Origin: an uncultured delta proteobacterium
Lineage (GTDB): Bacteria > Myxococcota_A > Polyangia > Polyangiales > Polyangiaceae
Assembly: GCA_963696385.1 (NCBI GenBank)
Contig: CAVOKF010000008.1
Location: forward strand, 544,001-608,000
Direction: 5' to 3'
Length of the DNA: 64,000 nucleotides
The notes under the pieces were generated by a model that had not been told where the DNA came from, made no database searches, and saw only the letters and a program-made list of their open reading frames with translations. Shown piece after piece: positions 50,337 through 59,359 of the stretch. Numbering within the stretch: the stretch's first letter is position 1; each line of letters opens with the position of its first letter. The position numbers were made by a program, and so were the translations under genes.

Positions 50337-51188
50337 ATGGCGCGAGCCGTCGCGATCGCGATTGCTTTTCTCGGGGTCGTCTCGCTCGCGGCGACCGCGA
50401 GCGCATCGGACGACGCCTCGAGCGCCGAGCCGCTATCGAGCCTCGATCGAATCCGGAGCGATCCTGCGGTCGCCAACGATCCGCGCGAGATCGATGCGTT
50501 GGCCCGCGAGGCCGAAGGCCTTGCGCCGGGTCCGTTGCGGACCCAAGCGCGGATGATCGTGGCCGAGGCCTGGCGGGGACGCATGCAGCGTCCAAACGAC
50601 GCCATCGATGAGCTGCGCAAAGTCACGGGCGATCCAAGCACCGATCCAGTGACCGCAAGCCTTGCTGAGCGAGAGCTCGTCGACGCCCTTTTGGCCAACG
50701 GCAAGCTCGAGCAAGCCGCCGAGGAGGCACGCGCCCACGCCGCACGACTCGATCCGCCGTTCGTCGCACGCGTGCTACGGCTTGGTCGAAGGCCGACCTG
50801 GACCCTGGCGGCGATGGCGGATCTTACGGCGTACTTCGCCCTGGCCTTGCTCGCCATCGTGCACACACGGCGCACACGCACGTGGGAAAGGGTGGTCCGT
50901 TCCGTTCGGCAAATGACCCCACTCGCCGTCGGGTTCGCGGCTTACGTCGCGATCGTGGGAGGGGTGCTGGCCGCGCAGTACGAGACCGGCAACTCAGGCC
51001 CCTTCCTCGTCCTCGGCGCCGCCCTCGTGCCGCTCGTTCTGGTGGCGCGGGCCTGGAACGCCGCGTCGTCGGGGAGTCTTGCCGCACGCCTCGGCCGGGC
51101 CATTCTGTGCACGACGAGTGTCTTCGCCGTGGCGTTCCTGGTCCTACGCGCTATCCGGTCCGATTACCTCGACGGGTTCGGCCTGTGA
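50337..51188 (+). CDS. Membrane protein: signal peptide, TPR-like helical domain, four C-terminal TM helices
   Basis: Hydrophobic N-terminus (ATASA-S), helical region, four hydrophobic segments, ends YLDGFGL; GTGA overlap with next gene. Confidence 0.75.
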   Translation: MARAVAIAIAFLGVVSLAATASASDDASSAEPLSSLDRIRSDPAVANDPREIDALAREAEGLAPGPLRTQARMIVAEAWRGRMQRPNDAIDELRKVTGDPSTDPVTASLAERELVDALLANGKLEQAAEEARAHAARLDPPFVARVLRLGRRPTWTLAAMADLTAYFALALLAIVHTRRTRTWERVVRSVRQMTPLAVGFAAYVAIVGGVLAAQYETGNSGPFLVLGAALVPLVLVARAWNAASSGSLAARLGRAILCTTSVFAVAFLVLRAIRSDYLDGFGL

Positions 51189-51427
51189 GTGGGGAGCGCG
51201 CCGTCGACGAACGGAGCATTCGCCGTGTCCGCATCGGGTCCGGCGCCAACTGCTCGAGCATCGGAAGCGCCATCGACACGCTGTTCGCGACAGCGGTCAC
51301 GGGAGCCGCGATCTTCGCGGCCGTCGTCGCGGCGCTGAAAACCGAGCCCATCCAAGTCGTTGGACAGACGTCCAACGACAATCCATTGCGCGCGCCGGGC
51401 ACGCGCGACCCGGAGTCACCCCCGTGA
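51185..51427 (+). CDS. 80-aa membrane-anchored protein, candidate radical SAM substrate
   Basis: GTGA overlaps at both ends; MSGERAVDERSIRRVRIGSGANCSSIGSAIDTLFATAVTGAAIFAAVVAALKTEP... Confidence 0.7.
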   Translation: MSGERAVDERSIRRVRIGSGANCSSIGSAIDTLFATAVTGAAIFAAVVAALKTEPIQVVGQTSNDNPLRAPGTRDPESPP

Positions 51428-52590
51428 TCGTCCGCTATGAGCCTTGGGGTGCTTGGGTCAAGCTTGAATCGACAGCCGCCATCGTGGCCCTCGACCGGGA
51501 CGGTGTCCGCGCCCTCGGACTCAACGGCGGAGCCACATGGCAAGGACCGCCGCGGCCCAGCGCGCCGCTGGAAGTTCATCTCGCCGTCACTTCACGCTGC
51601 GGCGCGGGGTGCGATGGGTGCTACCTGGACGCCCAGCCGGATGGGGTCGAGCCGCCTCGCGCCGCGATCGAGCAGGAGCTCGACGCCATGCGCGACGCAG
51701 GTGTCTTCACGGTCGCGTTCGGCGGCGGGGAGCCGACGACACGCGAAGACATCGACCTCCTGGCCGCGAGCGCGCGGGCCAGGGGCCTGACGCCAGTCGT
51801 CACGACGAGCGGCCTTGGGCTCACCGACATCCGCGTCGAGCGACTGCGCTCCTTCGCGCAAGTCAACGTAAGCTACGACGGGCCTGATGCGACCTACGCA
51901 ACCGTGCGCGGCTTTGATGGCGCCGCCCTGGCCGAACGGGCCATCGAGAAGCTCGCGCGCGCGGGGATCCGCGTCGGCGTCAACGTGGTGCTTACGCAGC
52001 AGAGTTTCCCGCGACTGGCCGAGACGATCGAGCGTGCACGAACGCTCGGCGCGTGCGAGGCCCAGCTGCTCCGCTACAAGCCCGCAGGGCGCGCAGCCAC
52101 GGTGGAGTACTGGACGCGGCGGATGCACCCCGATCAAGCTCGGACGTTGGGTCCGACGCTCCGAGCGCTCACGACGGCTTACGCAGCCAGCGGGTTTTCG
52201 ATTCGCATCGATTGCGCCCTCGTTCCGTTCCTTTCGGCCGACGAGGAGCTCGGCCAGGACGCGACGCGCCTGGCCCGCTTCGGCATCTTTGGCTGCGAAG
52301 CCGCTGGAGGTCTCGCCGCGGTCACCGTGGACGGGCTCATCGCCCCGTGCAGTTTTGCCAAACCGTCGCAGCTAAGTGCTGCCCATCTGAACGGCGGCTA
52401 CGCCGTGGACGCCGAGCTCGGGCGCTGGCGGGCGTACAACGACGCGCCGGCGGAGCCGTGCGCGTCGTGCTCACTGCGCCCGGTCTGCAAGGGCGGGTGC
52501 AAGATTGTAGCGGGGTGGGTCACGGGATCTCACGGACCTGACCCGGAGTGCCCACGCGTTCTCGCATATCGCGAGCCCCGCGCCACGTGA
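51424..52590 (+). CDS. Radical SAM/SPASM-domain enzyme
   Basis: CGAGCDGC (CxxxCxxC), FGGGEP, GCEAA...APCSF, CASCSLRPVCKGGC...DPECP (SPASM). Confidence 0.92.
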   Translation: MIVRYEPWGAWVKLESTAAIVALDRDGVRALGLNGGATWQGPPRPSAPLEVHLAVTSRCGAGCDGCYLDAQPDGVEPPRAAIEQELDAMRDAGVFTVAFGGGEPTTREDIDLLAASARARGLTPVVTTSGLGLTDIRVERLRSFAQVNVSYDGPDATYATVRGFDGAALAERAIEKLARAGIRVGVNVVLTQQSFPRLAETIERARTLGACEAQLLRYKPAGRAATVEYWTRRMHPDQARTLGPTLRALTTAYAASGFSIRIDCALVPFLSADEELGQDATRLARFGIFGCEAAGGLAAVTVDGLIAPCSFAKPSQLSAAHLNGGYAVDAELGRWRAYNDAPAEPCASCSLRPVCKGGCKIVAGWVTGSHGPDPECPRVLAYREPRAT

Positions 52591-52898
52591 AGACCGCCTG
52601 GATTCCGGGAACACTGCTCGCGCTCGCATGGGGCCTCGTGATTGAGGTGGACGCGTACGCGGCAATGCGGGTGGTCCAGGTGCTCACTGGGCCCCAGGCC
52701 GACCCCGCCGCGATTTCCTGGAGTGTCCACTCGGGCTTTTTCTGGCGCGTCCTTACTGTCGCGTACGGTGGGGGAATCGCGGCGTTCGTCGCGTTCGTTG
52801 TCGTGCGCCGACGAGTCGCGCTCGCAGCGCGCGGGCTCGTGCCGGCCGTTGCGATTGCCGGCGGTCTATTGGCCTTGCAGAGTACGTTCTTTCCTTGA
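52587..52898 (+). CDS. Small three-TM membrane protein
   Basis: GTGA-coupled to the radical SAM gene; three hydrophobic segments, DPAAISWSVHSGFFWR loop. Confidence 0.7.
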   Translation: MKTAWIPGTLLALAWGLVIEVDAYAAMRVVQVLTGPQADPAAISWSVHSGFFWRVLTVAYGGGIAAFVAFVVVRRRVALAARGLVPAVAIAGGLLALQSTFFP

Positions 52899-53074
52899 GA
52901 ATTTCAGCGCTGTGCCCACACCCGCGAGCAGGGCTTGCGCAAGCAGGACATCCAGGCACCGGGTGCGGATCTTCCGTCGCGGACGACGTCGGCTTCGTGT
53001 AGGGTGCGCGTCGCGCGAAGGAAGCTCACGCGAAGGAGACTGCGAGAATCTTGCGACTCGATGGGCCGTCGCGC

Positions 53075-53818
53075 ATGGGCGCACTCGCGGGCGCAGTACT
53101 CTGCCTTTCCGGCTGCCCGAACCCGAACGCCTACACCGTGCCGCGAACGCTCGAACCGGGCGACTTGCAGGTTGTCGTCGCGGCCGAAGTGTATGGATTC
53201 GGCACCAACATTGCCAATCCAGCCACAGCGGGCAGTAGCCCTCCGTCGTCCACGGTCTGGGGAGCGACCCCGCTATTGCCGACCATCGGCATTCGGTACG
53301 GTCTCGTCGAAGGAGTGGATGTCGGAGCGCGCTTCGAGAACTTCCAATCGCTCGCCGGTGACTTGAAGCTTCGTTTGCTTCGAGGCAATTTGGACATGGC
53401 GATCGACCCTGGCTTGGATGCCATCTATGTGGATACCGAAATAACCAACGCGGATACGACCACGGTGACGCGGAACGCCGGCGTGTTCTATTTGCATGCG
53501 CCGCTGCTGCTTGGCCTCAACTTCTCGGACTCCCTGACGCTGGTTGCGTCTCCCGGCCTGGCCTACGCCATTGCGACAGGACCGTTGGCCGGGGCGAGCC
53601 ACGCCGAGCAGGCCGGCGCGTCAACCGCGCTCCTGGCACGTCTCGGGTTGGGCGTGGATGTTCGCACGAGCGACCAGCTTGCCATCCACCCGGAACTGAC
53701 CTGCATGAGGGGTTTCAACAGTGCGCAGTCGCTTCTGTGCATAGTCGGTTTGGCTTTGAACATTGGCGCGCAGGCCAACTACGACGACCTGCGTCCCGCC
53801 CAGCCGTCGGAGCAGTAA
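53075..53818 (+). CDS. Putative lipoprotein with outer-membrane beta-barrel-like domain
   Basis: LCLSGC lipobox; alternating beta-strand patterns (IRYGLVEGVDVGARF, LGLGVDVR). Confidence 0.7.
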   Translation: MGALAGAVLCLSGCPNPNAYTVPRTLEPGDLQVVVAAEVYGFGTNIANPATAGSSPPSSTVWGATPLLPTIGIRYGLVEGVDVGARFENFQSLAGDLKLRLLRGNLDMAIDPGLDAIYVDTEITNADTTTVTRNAGVFYLHAPLLLGLNFSDSLTLVASPGLAYAIATGPLAGASHAEQAGASTALLARLGLGVDVRTSDQLAIHPELTCMRGFNSAQSLLCIVGLALNIGAQANYDDLRPAQPSEQ

Positions 53819-53835
53819 CAGCTCATCCGTGGGAG

Positions 53836-54894
53836 CTACGACGCCCAATCCTCGAACGAGCACCCAACGAGAACCGGCTCCAGTTCGAGCCTCACCCCGA
53901 AGCGGTCCCAAACGGCATCGCGAATGCGTGCGGCGACGCCGAGAAGCTCGCGGCTCGTCGCACCGCCCCGGTTGACCAACGCGAGCGCGTGCTTCTGCGA
54001 CACGCCCACCCGCCCGTCCCTCCACCCCTTCGTGAAACCGGCGCGCTCCACGAGCCACGCGGCAGCCAGCTTGAATCGCCCGCCGTCGAGCGGAAACGAC
54101 GCAGGGCGCTCGCCCGCACGCGCTTCCACCTCAAGAAGTCCCTGTGCATCGACGACCGGATTGACGAAAAACGACCCTGCGCTGACCGATTCGGGATCGT
54201 TCGGGTCGACCACCATCCCCTTCCCGCGTCGCAGCGCGAGGATCGTCTCGCGAACAAGGGCGGTGGGGGGTCGGCTGCCCTCGGGCGTCGCTAGCGCGCG
54301 CGCTAGCTCGGCGTAGCGGATCGGAGCCGCGAGGGGGCTCACGTCGAACGCAAACCGAACGCTCGTGACGATCCAGCGGTCGTTGCGTTTGAAGACGCTC
54401 GCTCGGTAGGACAGGCCGCATGACGCCGCGGGCAGCGTCACGAAGTCCCCCGCTACGCGATCGTACGCCCGCACCGAAACGAGCGTGTCGCTCACCTCCT
54501 GTCCGTAGGCTCCGACGTTCTGGATCGGCGTCGCGCCGACGAGCCCGGGAATGCCGCTCATGCACTCGATGCCGCTCCACCCGTCGGCAATCGCGCGGGC
54601 GACCAAGCCGTCCCAGTCTTCTCCCGCTGCCACGTTGACGACGACCTGCATCCCGTCGCGCCGGACGTCGACGCCGCGAAGGCCCATCGCCACGACGGTA
54701 CCCGGAAAGCCCTCGTCGCCGACGACCACGTTGCTGCCCCGGCCGAGAACGAAAACGGGGTCTCCTCGCAGCCGAGCCTGCCGAAGCACGGGCGCGACGT
54801 CGCCTTCGGACTCGACCTCGACCCATCGCGACGCGAGCCCCCCCAGCCGAAGGGTGGTGAGCGGTGCCAGCGAAACGTGCTCGCCCTCGCGCAT
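53836..54894 (-). CDS. murB: UDP-N-acetylenolpyruvoylglucosamine reductase
   Basis: TTLRLGG, LGRGSN, GIPGLVGATPIQNVGAYG, YRASVFK, SAGSFFVNP, KHALALVN, LELEP. Confidence 0.96.
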   Translation of the reverse strand: MREGEHVSLAPLTTLRLGGLASRWVEVESEGDVAPVLRQARLRGDPVFVLGRGSNVVVGDEGFPGTVVAMGLRGVDVRRDGMQVVVNVAAGEDWDGLVARAIADGWSGIECMSGIPGLVGATPIQNVGAYGQEVSDTLVSVRAYDRVAGDFVTLPAASCGLSYRASVFKRNDRWIVTSVRFAFDVSPLAAPIRYAELARALATPEGSRPPTALVRETILALRRGKGMVVDPNDPESVSAGSFFVNPVVDAQGLLEVEARAGERPASFPLDGGRFKLAAAWLVERAGFTKGWRDGRVGVSQKHALALVNRGGATSRELLGVAARIRDAVWDRFGVRLELEPVLVGCSFEDWAS

Positions 54895-54925
54895 GATAAA
54901 GGGATCTACCGCAAGCGGGTCGTCG

Positions 54926-57460
54926 ATGCAGTCGCTCCCCATCGATCCCCTCCTGCCCGACATCGTCGCGTCGTTGCGCGCCCGGCCCACGCTGGTGCTC
55001 GAGGCGCCGCCAGGAGCCGGAAAGACAACCCGTGTCCCGCGCGCGCTGTTCGACGCGGGGTTCGCCGAAACAGGCGAAATCCTGGTCCTCGAGCCGCGCC
55101 GCCTGGCCACACGCCTGGCGGCGCGTCGGGTCGCCGACGAAATGGGGGAGCGGGTGGGCAGCACCGTCGGCTATCAAGTCCGATTCGAAGACGTGTCGAG
55201 TACCCGCACTCGCGTGCGGTTCGTGACCGAGGGGGTACTCGGGCGCAAGTTTCTCGCGTCGCCTTGGCTCGAGGGCGTGAGCGTCGTCGTCCTCGACGAG
55301 TTCCACGAGCGGCACTTGCACAGCGACGTCGGCCTCGCGCTCCTCGAGCGGCTGCGTCGCGGCCGCCGACCCGATCTCCGTATCGTCGTCATGAGCGCGA
55401 CTTTGGCCACCGAGCCCCTCGCCTCGTATCTCGGGGCGCCGGTCTTGCGCGCCGAAGGCCGGCGCTTTGAGGTCACAGTCGATCATGTGGCTTCTCCCGA
55501 CGATCGACCCGTTGGACTGCAGATCGCGTCCGCGGTCCGGCAGCTGGTCCACGAAGGACTCGATGGCGACGTGCTCGTCTTTCTGCCTGGAGCCGCGGAG
55601 ATTCGCCGGGCGCAAGAGGCTTGTACGAAGATTGCGACCGACGCGGCGCTCGCCCTTGTCCCGTTGCACGGTGACCTCTCGCCCCAGGAACAGGACGCCG
55701 CCGTACGACCGGGGACGACGCGCAAGGTTATCTTGTCGACCAACGTCGCCGAATCGTCGGTCACGATCGAAGGCGTCGTCGCCGTCATCGACTCGGGCCT
55801 GGCGCGTATCGCCTCGCAAGCCCCCTGGTCTGGACTGCCACGGCTACGTGTCGAGAAGATCAGCCGCGCATCGGCCATTCAACGCGCCGGACGTGCGGGG
55901 CGCACCCGACCGGGCCGCTGCATGCGCCTGTACACGCGCGCCGACTTCGATTCGCGCCCGGAACACGAGGCCCCCGAGATCCGCCGGCTCGATCTCGCGC
56001 AGACCTGGCTCGAGCTCGCGGCGACCGGCACCGCAGAAATCCCTTGGCTCGAGCCCCCGCCGCCGGCGCATGTCCGAGCGGCCGAGGATCTTCTTCGCCG
56101 GCTCGGCGCGATCGACACGCAGGCTCGGTTGACCGAGACGGGAAGCGCGATGCTGCGGCTCGGCGTCCACCCGCGCGCCGCGCGCGTCGTCGTCGAAGGC
56201 GAACGACGAGGCGTGATCCATGCCGCCTGCGCCGCCGCGGCCGTCCTCGCGGAGGGAGACCCCCGGGCCTTGAGCCGGACCCGTTTCGGCCCCGGCCGAG
56301 GCGATGATCGAGCTACCGAGGGCTCGGACGTCGGCGCGATTCTCGACCTCTTACGCGAAGCGCAAGACGCCCACCTTTCCGCCAGCGCGATCCGCGCTGC
56401 GGGGCTCGACCTCGGCGCCACGCAAGCGATCGTGAGAGCCGCCGCGCAGTTCGAGCGTGCGTGCCCCCGGACGGGTGCCGACGATGCGCACGACGAAGAA
56501 GCCGCGCTCGGTATCGCGCTCCTTTCGGGATACCCGGATCGCGTCGCGAAGCGGGTGCGCCCCGGGGGGCGCCAAATTGCGCTTGCGGCCGGAGGATCCG
56601 CCGAGATTGCGGAGTCGAGCGTCGTCCGCCAAGCCGAGTGGCTCGTGGCGCTCGAAGCGGAAGAGCGGAGCGACGGGCGGTCCCGCGGCGGCGTGGTCGT
56701 GCGTCTGGCGAGCGCGATTGACCCCGCCTGGCTTGTCGACCTTTTCCCCGATCAGGTGAAAGAGCACCGTGAGATAACCTGGGACGCGCCCTCGGAGCGC
56801 GTCCGCACGGGCGAGTCTCTCGAGTGGGACGGACTGACGCTCTTGCGATCGGAGCCCCCAGATGGCGCGTCGGACGAGGCGTCGCGGGTGCTCGCAACCG
56901 CCGCCCTAGCCGCGGGTCCGTCGGCGCTGGCACCCGTCGAGGCGTTCGACGCATGGGTGGCGAGGACGCGCTTTGCCGCCTCCATCGACCCATCGATCGA
57001 GATTCCGGACGACGCGGCGTTGCATGCGTCGATCGTGCAGCTCTGCGAAGGACGCCGCAGCTTTGCGGAGCTTCGAGAGGCCGGGTGGCTCGAGACCCTG
57101 CGCCGATCGCCCCGATGGCCCGCGGAGGCCATCGCGCGCCTTGCCCCAGATCGCGTCGTGCTCGCCGGCGGCCGATCGGTGGCCGTGCGTTACGAGATCG
57201 GTCGGGGTCCGAGCCTCGCTTCGCGGTTGCAGGACTTCTTCGGAATGACCGACGGGCCCCGCGTCGGCGGAGGCCGGGTGCCCGTGATCTTAGAGCTCTT
57301 GGCGCCCAACGGTCGAGCCGTGCAAGTCACAACCGATCTCGCAGGTTTCTGGCAGCGCCACTACCCTGCGATTCGCAAGGAGCTCATGCGGCGCTATCCG
57401 CGCCACTCGTGGCCCGAGGATCCGACGAAGCCAGCGCCGCGGATGCGCGCTCCGCGGTGA
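54926..57460 (+). CDS. hrpB: ATP-dependent RNA helicase HrpB
   Basis: APPGAGKTT, DEFHER, MSAT, STNVAESSVTI, QRAGRAGR, ELLAPNGRAVQVTTDLAGFW, RYPRHSWPEDP. Confidence 0.96.
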   Translation: MQSLPIDPLLPDIVASLRARPTLVLEAPPGAGKTTRVPRALFDAGFAETGEILVLEPRRLATRLAARRVADEMGERVGSTVGYQVRFEDVSSTRTRVRFVTEGVLGRKFLASPWLEGVSVVVLDEFHERHLHSDVGLALLERLRRGRRPDLRIVVMSATLATEPLASYLGAPVLRAEGRRFEVTVDHVASPDDRPVGLQIASAVRQLVHEGLDGDVLVFLPGAAEIRRAQEACTKIATDAALALVPLHGDLSPQEQDAAVRPGTTRKVILSTNVAESSVTIEGVVAVIDSGLARIASQAPWSGLPRLRVEKISRASAIQRAGRAGRTRPGRCMRLYTRADFDSRPEHEAPEIRRLDLAQTWLELAATGTAEIPWLEPPPPAHVRAAEDLLRRLGAIDTQARLTETGSAMLRLGVHPRAARVVVEGERRGVIHAACAAAAVLAEGDPRALSRTRFGPGRGDDRATEGSDVGAILDLLREAQDAHLSASAIRAAGLDLGATQAIVRAAAQFERACPRTGADDAHDEEAALGIALLSGYPDRVAKRVRPGGRQIALAAGGSAEIAESSVVRQAEWLVALEAEERSDGRSRGGVVVRLASAIDPAWLVDLFPDQVKEHREITWDAPSERVRTGESLEWDGLTLLRSEPPDGASDEASRVLATAALAAGPSALAPVEAFDAWVARTRFAASIDPSIEIPDDAALHASIVQLCEGRRSFAELREAGWLETLRRSPRWPAEAIARLAPDRVVLAGGRSVAVRYEIGRGPSLASRLQDFFGMTDGPRVGGGRVPVILELLAPNGRAVQVTTDLAGFWQRHYPAIRKELMRRYPRHSWPEDPTKPAPRMRAPR

Positions 57461-59206
57461 TCAGAAGCCCGGACCGGGTCGATCCACCACGGCTCCCCAA
57501 GCCTTCCAGCCGGTTGCGTGTCCGCCGGGGGCCGGACGGATCTCCGAAGCGGACGGCTCCCCTGGCGGTCCGCTCGCGCTCGACGTCGAGATGGCGACTT
57601 CGGACGCTGGACGACGCCGGATTGGGCGATCGCTCCGGGCCGGCTCGTCGAGCGCGGGGGGCGCAATCGTTGGTGCGGGGACCGTGAACCCGGGACTTGC
57701 CGACGGGATGGCGGGCGTGGCCGATCCGCGCGGGGGGGCTCCGGCGCTTTGAGGATGCCGTCGCCCGGGCAGGGCCACTAGGCCGAGAGCCACGAGCCCC
57801 GAGACGCCCAAGGCCACTGCGGCGATGGCACGCCACGGCGGGGGCGAAGGCGGCGGTGGCCCAAGGGACCGGACCTGCGGCCCTTCGCTGCGAAGAGATT
57901 CCCTCTCCATTGCCCATTCGTGGGCTGCGCCCGCGCTGGCGCTCAGTGCCGAAATGTCTTCAGCCTTATCGGCCGGCGCGCACGGGTCCGGGAGCGACAC
58001 GCTAGAGGGGGTCAGCACGTCCGTCCCTGGGCCCGGAGCCCGCGTGGCATCCTGGATGATGCTCCGGGTCGGAGCCAGGCGATCCACGGCTTCGGCCGGA
58101 GGGGTCCCGATCGCGGACCAGTGTGCCCCCGTCGTCGCTCCTAGGGTCGGCGGGGACATGCCCACGATCGTCGCTCTCGGCAAGCGGGTCGGTGCCCGGT
58201 GTGGCGTCACCGGCGAAAGGACGTCGCCCCGCGCCGGCGACGAATCCCGAACGTCGATCGGAGCCTCGGGGGTGGGCGCGGAGGCGTCGACGCCCCGCGC
58301 CGTCGACACACGTGGGACGGTGAGTTCGGAGCGCCGCGTCATCTGCGGTTGCGAGCGTTTGAAGTTGCGCAGTACCGTGGCGAAGGAGAACGCGTCCTTG
58401 GGCCTCTCCTCGGGGTTCTTGGCAAGGGCAGCCATCAGCAGGGCGTCGAGTTCGCTCGGAACGGCGACGAAATTCGATAGCGGCGGGGGCGTCTTGTGCA
58501 GATGGGCGGCGCTGATTCGATGGGAGTCGCCCAGGTCATCGAACGGGCCCCGGCCCGCCAGAAGCTCGTAGAGGACCAACGCAGCCGCATAGACATCCAT
58601 TTTCGGCGTGGGCTTGTCCCCCCTCAGCTGTTCGGGGGCGGCGTAGCGGAGCGTGCCGAGGAACCGTCCCGCCGTCTCGGCTTCCCCCGCGTCGAGCAGG
58701 GAAACGATTCCAAAATCGAGCAGTTTCGTAATCGTGACACCCGCGGTTTGGTGCAGGAATACGTTGTCGGGTTTGACGTCGCGGTGGACGACCCCCTTGT
58801 CGTGCGCGTGATCGAGCGCGTCGAGCAGATCGATCCCGATGCCGTAGGCCTGCGAAATTCCGAGTTTGCCGCCTTCCTCGAGAACCATGCGGAGCGACTT
58901 GCCCCTCAATCGCTCCATGACGTAAAAGGGCAGCCGCAGATCGTCCGCGGTCATCCCGGCGGTGAAGATTTCGACGATGTTGGGGTGGTGAAGTCGCGCG
59001 AGCGTTCGCGCTTCGTTCTGCATGCGCCGGGCGAGGTCCTCGCGGTCGCCGAGTCGCGGATGCAGCGTCTTGACCACGTACCGCTTGCCGATCGTCGTGT
59101 CCTCGACGTCGTATACCGTGCCCATGCCGCCTGCGCCGATGACGCGACGGACTTGATAAATCGTGCCGGGAATGACTTCGCCCGGCTCGTAGGTGCGCTC
59201 GTGCAT
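57461..59206 (-). CDS. Hanks-type Ser/Thr protein kinase with C-terminal TM helix
   Basis: GAGGMGTVY, VVK, HRDVKPDN, DFG, APE; Pro-rich linker; TM AIAAVALGVSGLVALGLVAL. Confidence 0.95.
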   Translation of the reverse strand: MHERTYEPGEVIPGTIYQVRRVIGAGGMGTVYDVEDTTIGKRYVVKTLHPRLGDREDLARRMQNEARTLARLHHPNIVEIFTAGMTADDLRLPFYVMERLRGKSLRMVLEEGGKLGISQAYGIGIDLLDALDHAHDKGVVHRDVKPDNVFLHQTAGVTITKLLDFGIVSLLDAGEAETAGRFLGTLRYAAPEQLRGDKPTPKMDVYAAALVLYELLAGRGPFDDLGDSHRISAAHLHKTPPPLSNFVAVPSELDALLMAALAKNPEERPKDAFSFATVLRNFKRSQPQMTRRSELTVPRVSTARGVDASAPTPEAPIDVRDSSPARGDVLSPVTPHRAPTRLPRATIVGMSPPTLGATTGAHWSAIGTPPAEAVDRLAPTRSIIQDATRAPGPGTDVLTPSSVSLPDPCAPADKAEDISALSASAGAAHEWAMERESLRSEGPQVRSLGPPPPSPPPWRAIAAVALGVSGLVALGLVALPGRRHPQSAGAPPRGSATPAIPSASPGFTVPAPTIAPPALDEPARSDRPIRRRPASEVAISTSSASGPPGEPSASEIRPAPGGHATGWKAWGAVVDRPGPGF

Positions 59207-59359
59207 GGGGTGGGTGGAAGGCTGAGATGTAGCATTGATTTTAGGCAGGTGAACCCTGCCAGTCCAAGCCATCACGTCCGAGGGGGGCCCCCCAAAGCCG
59301 ATCCTCCCACGGCGGATTGGACGGCAAACCGCGCTATGTTGCGCTGCTCGGCGGGACCG

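Noticed and set aside
51424..52590. Radical SAM as PqqE acting on the PqqA-like peptide
   Set aside because: Lacks the PqqE-type ELTYRCPLxCxYCSNP context, lies 27 kb away, and has its own coupled candidate substrate.
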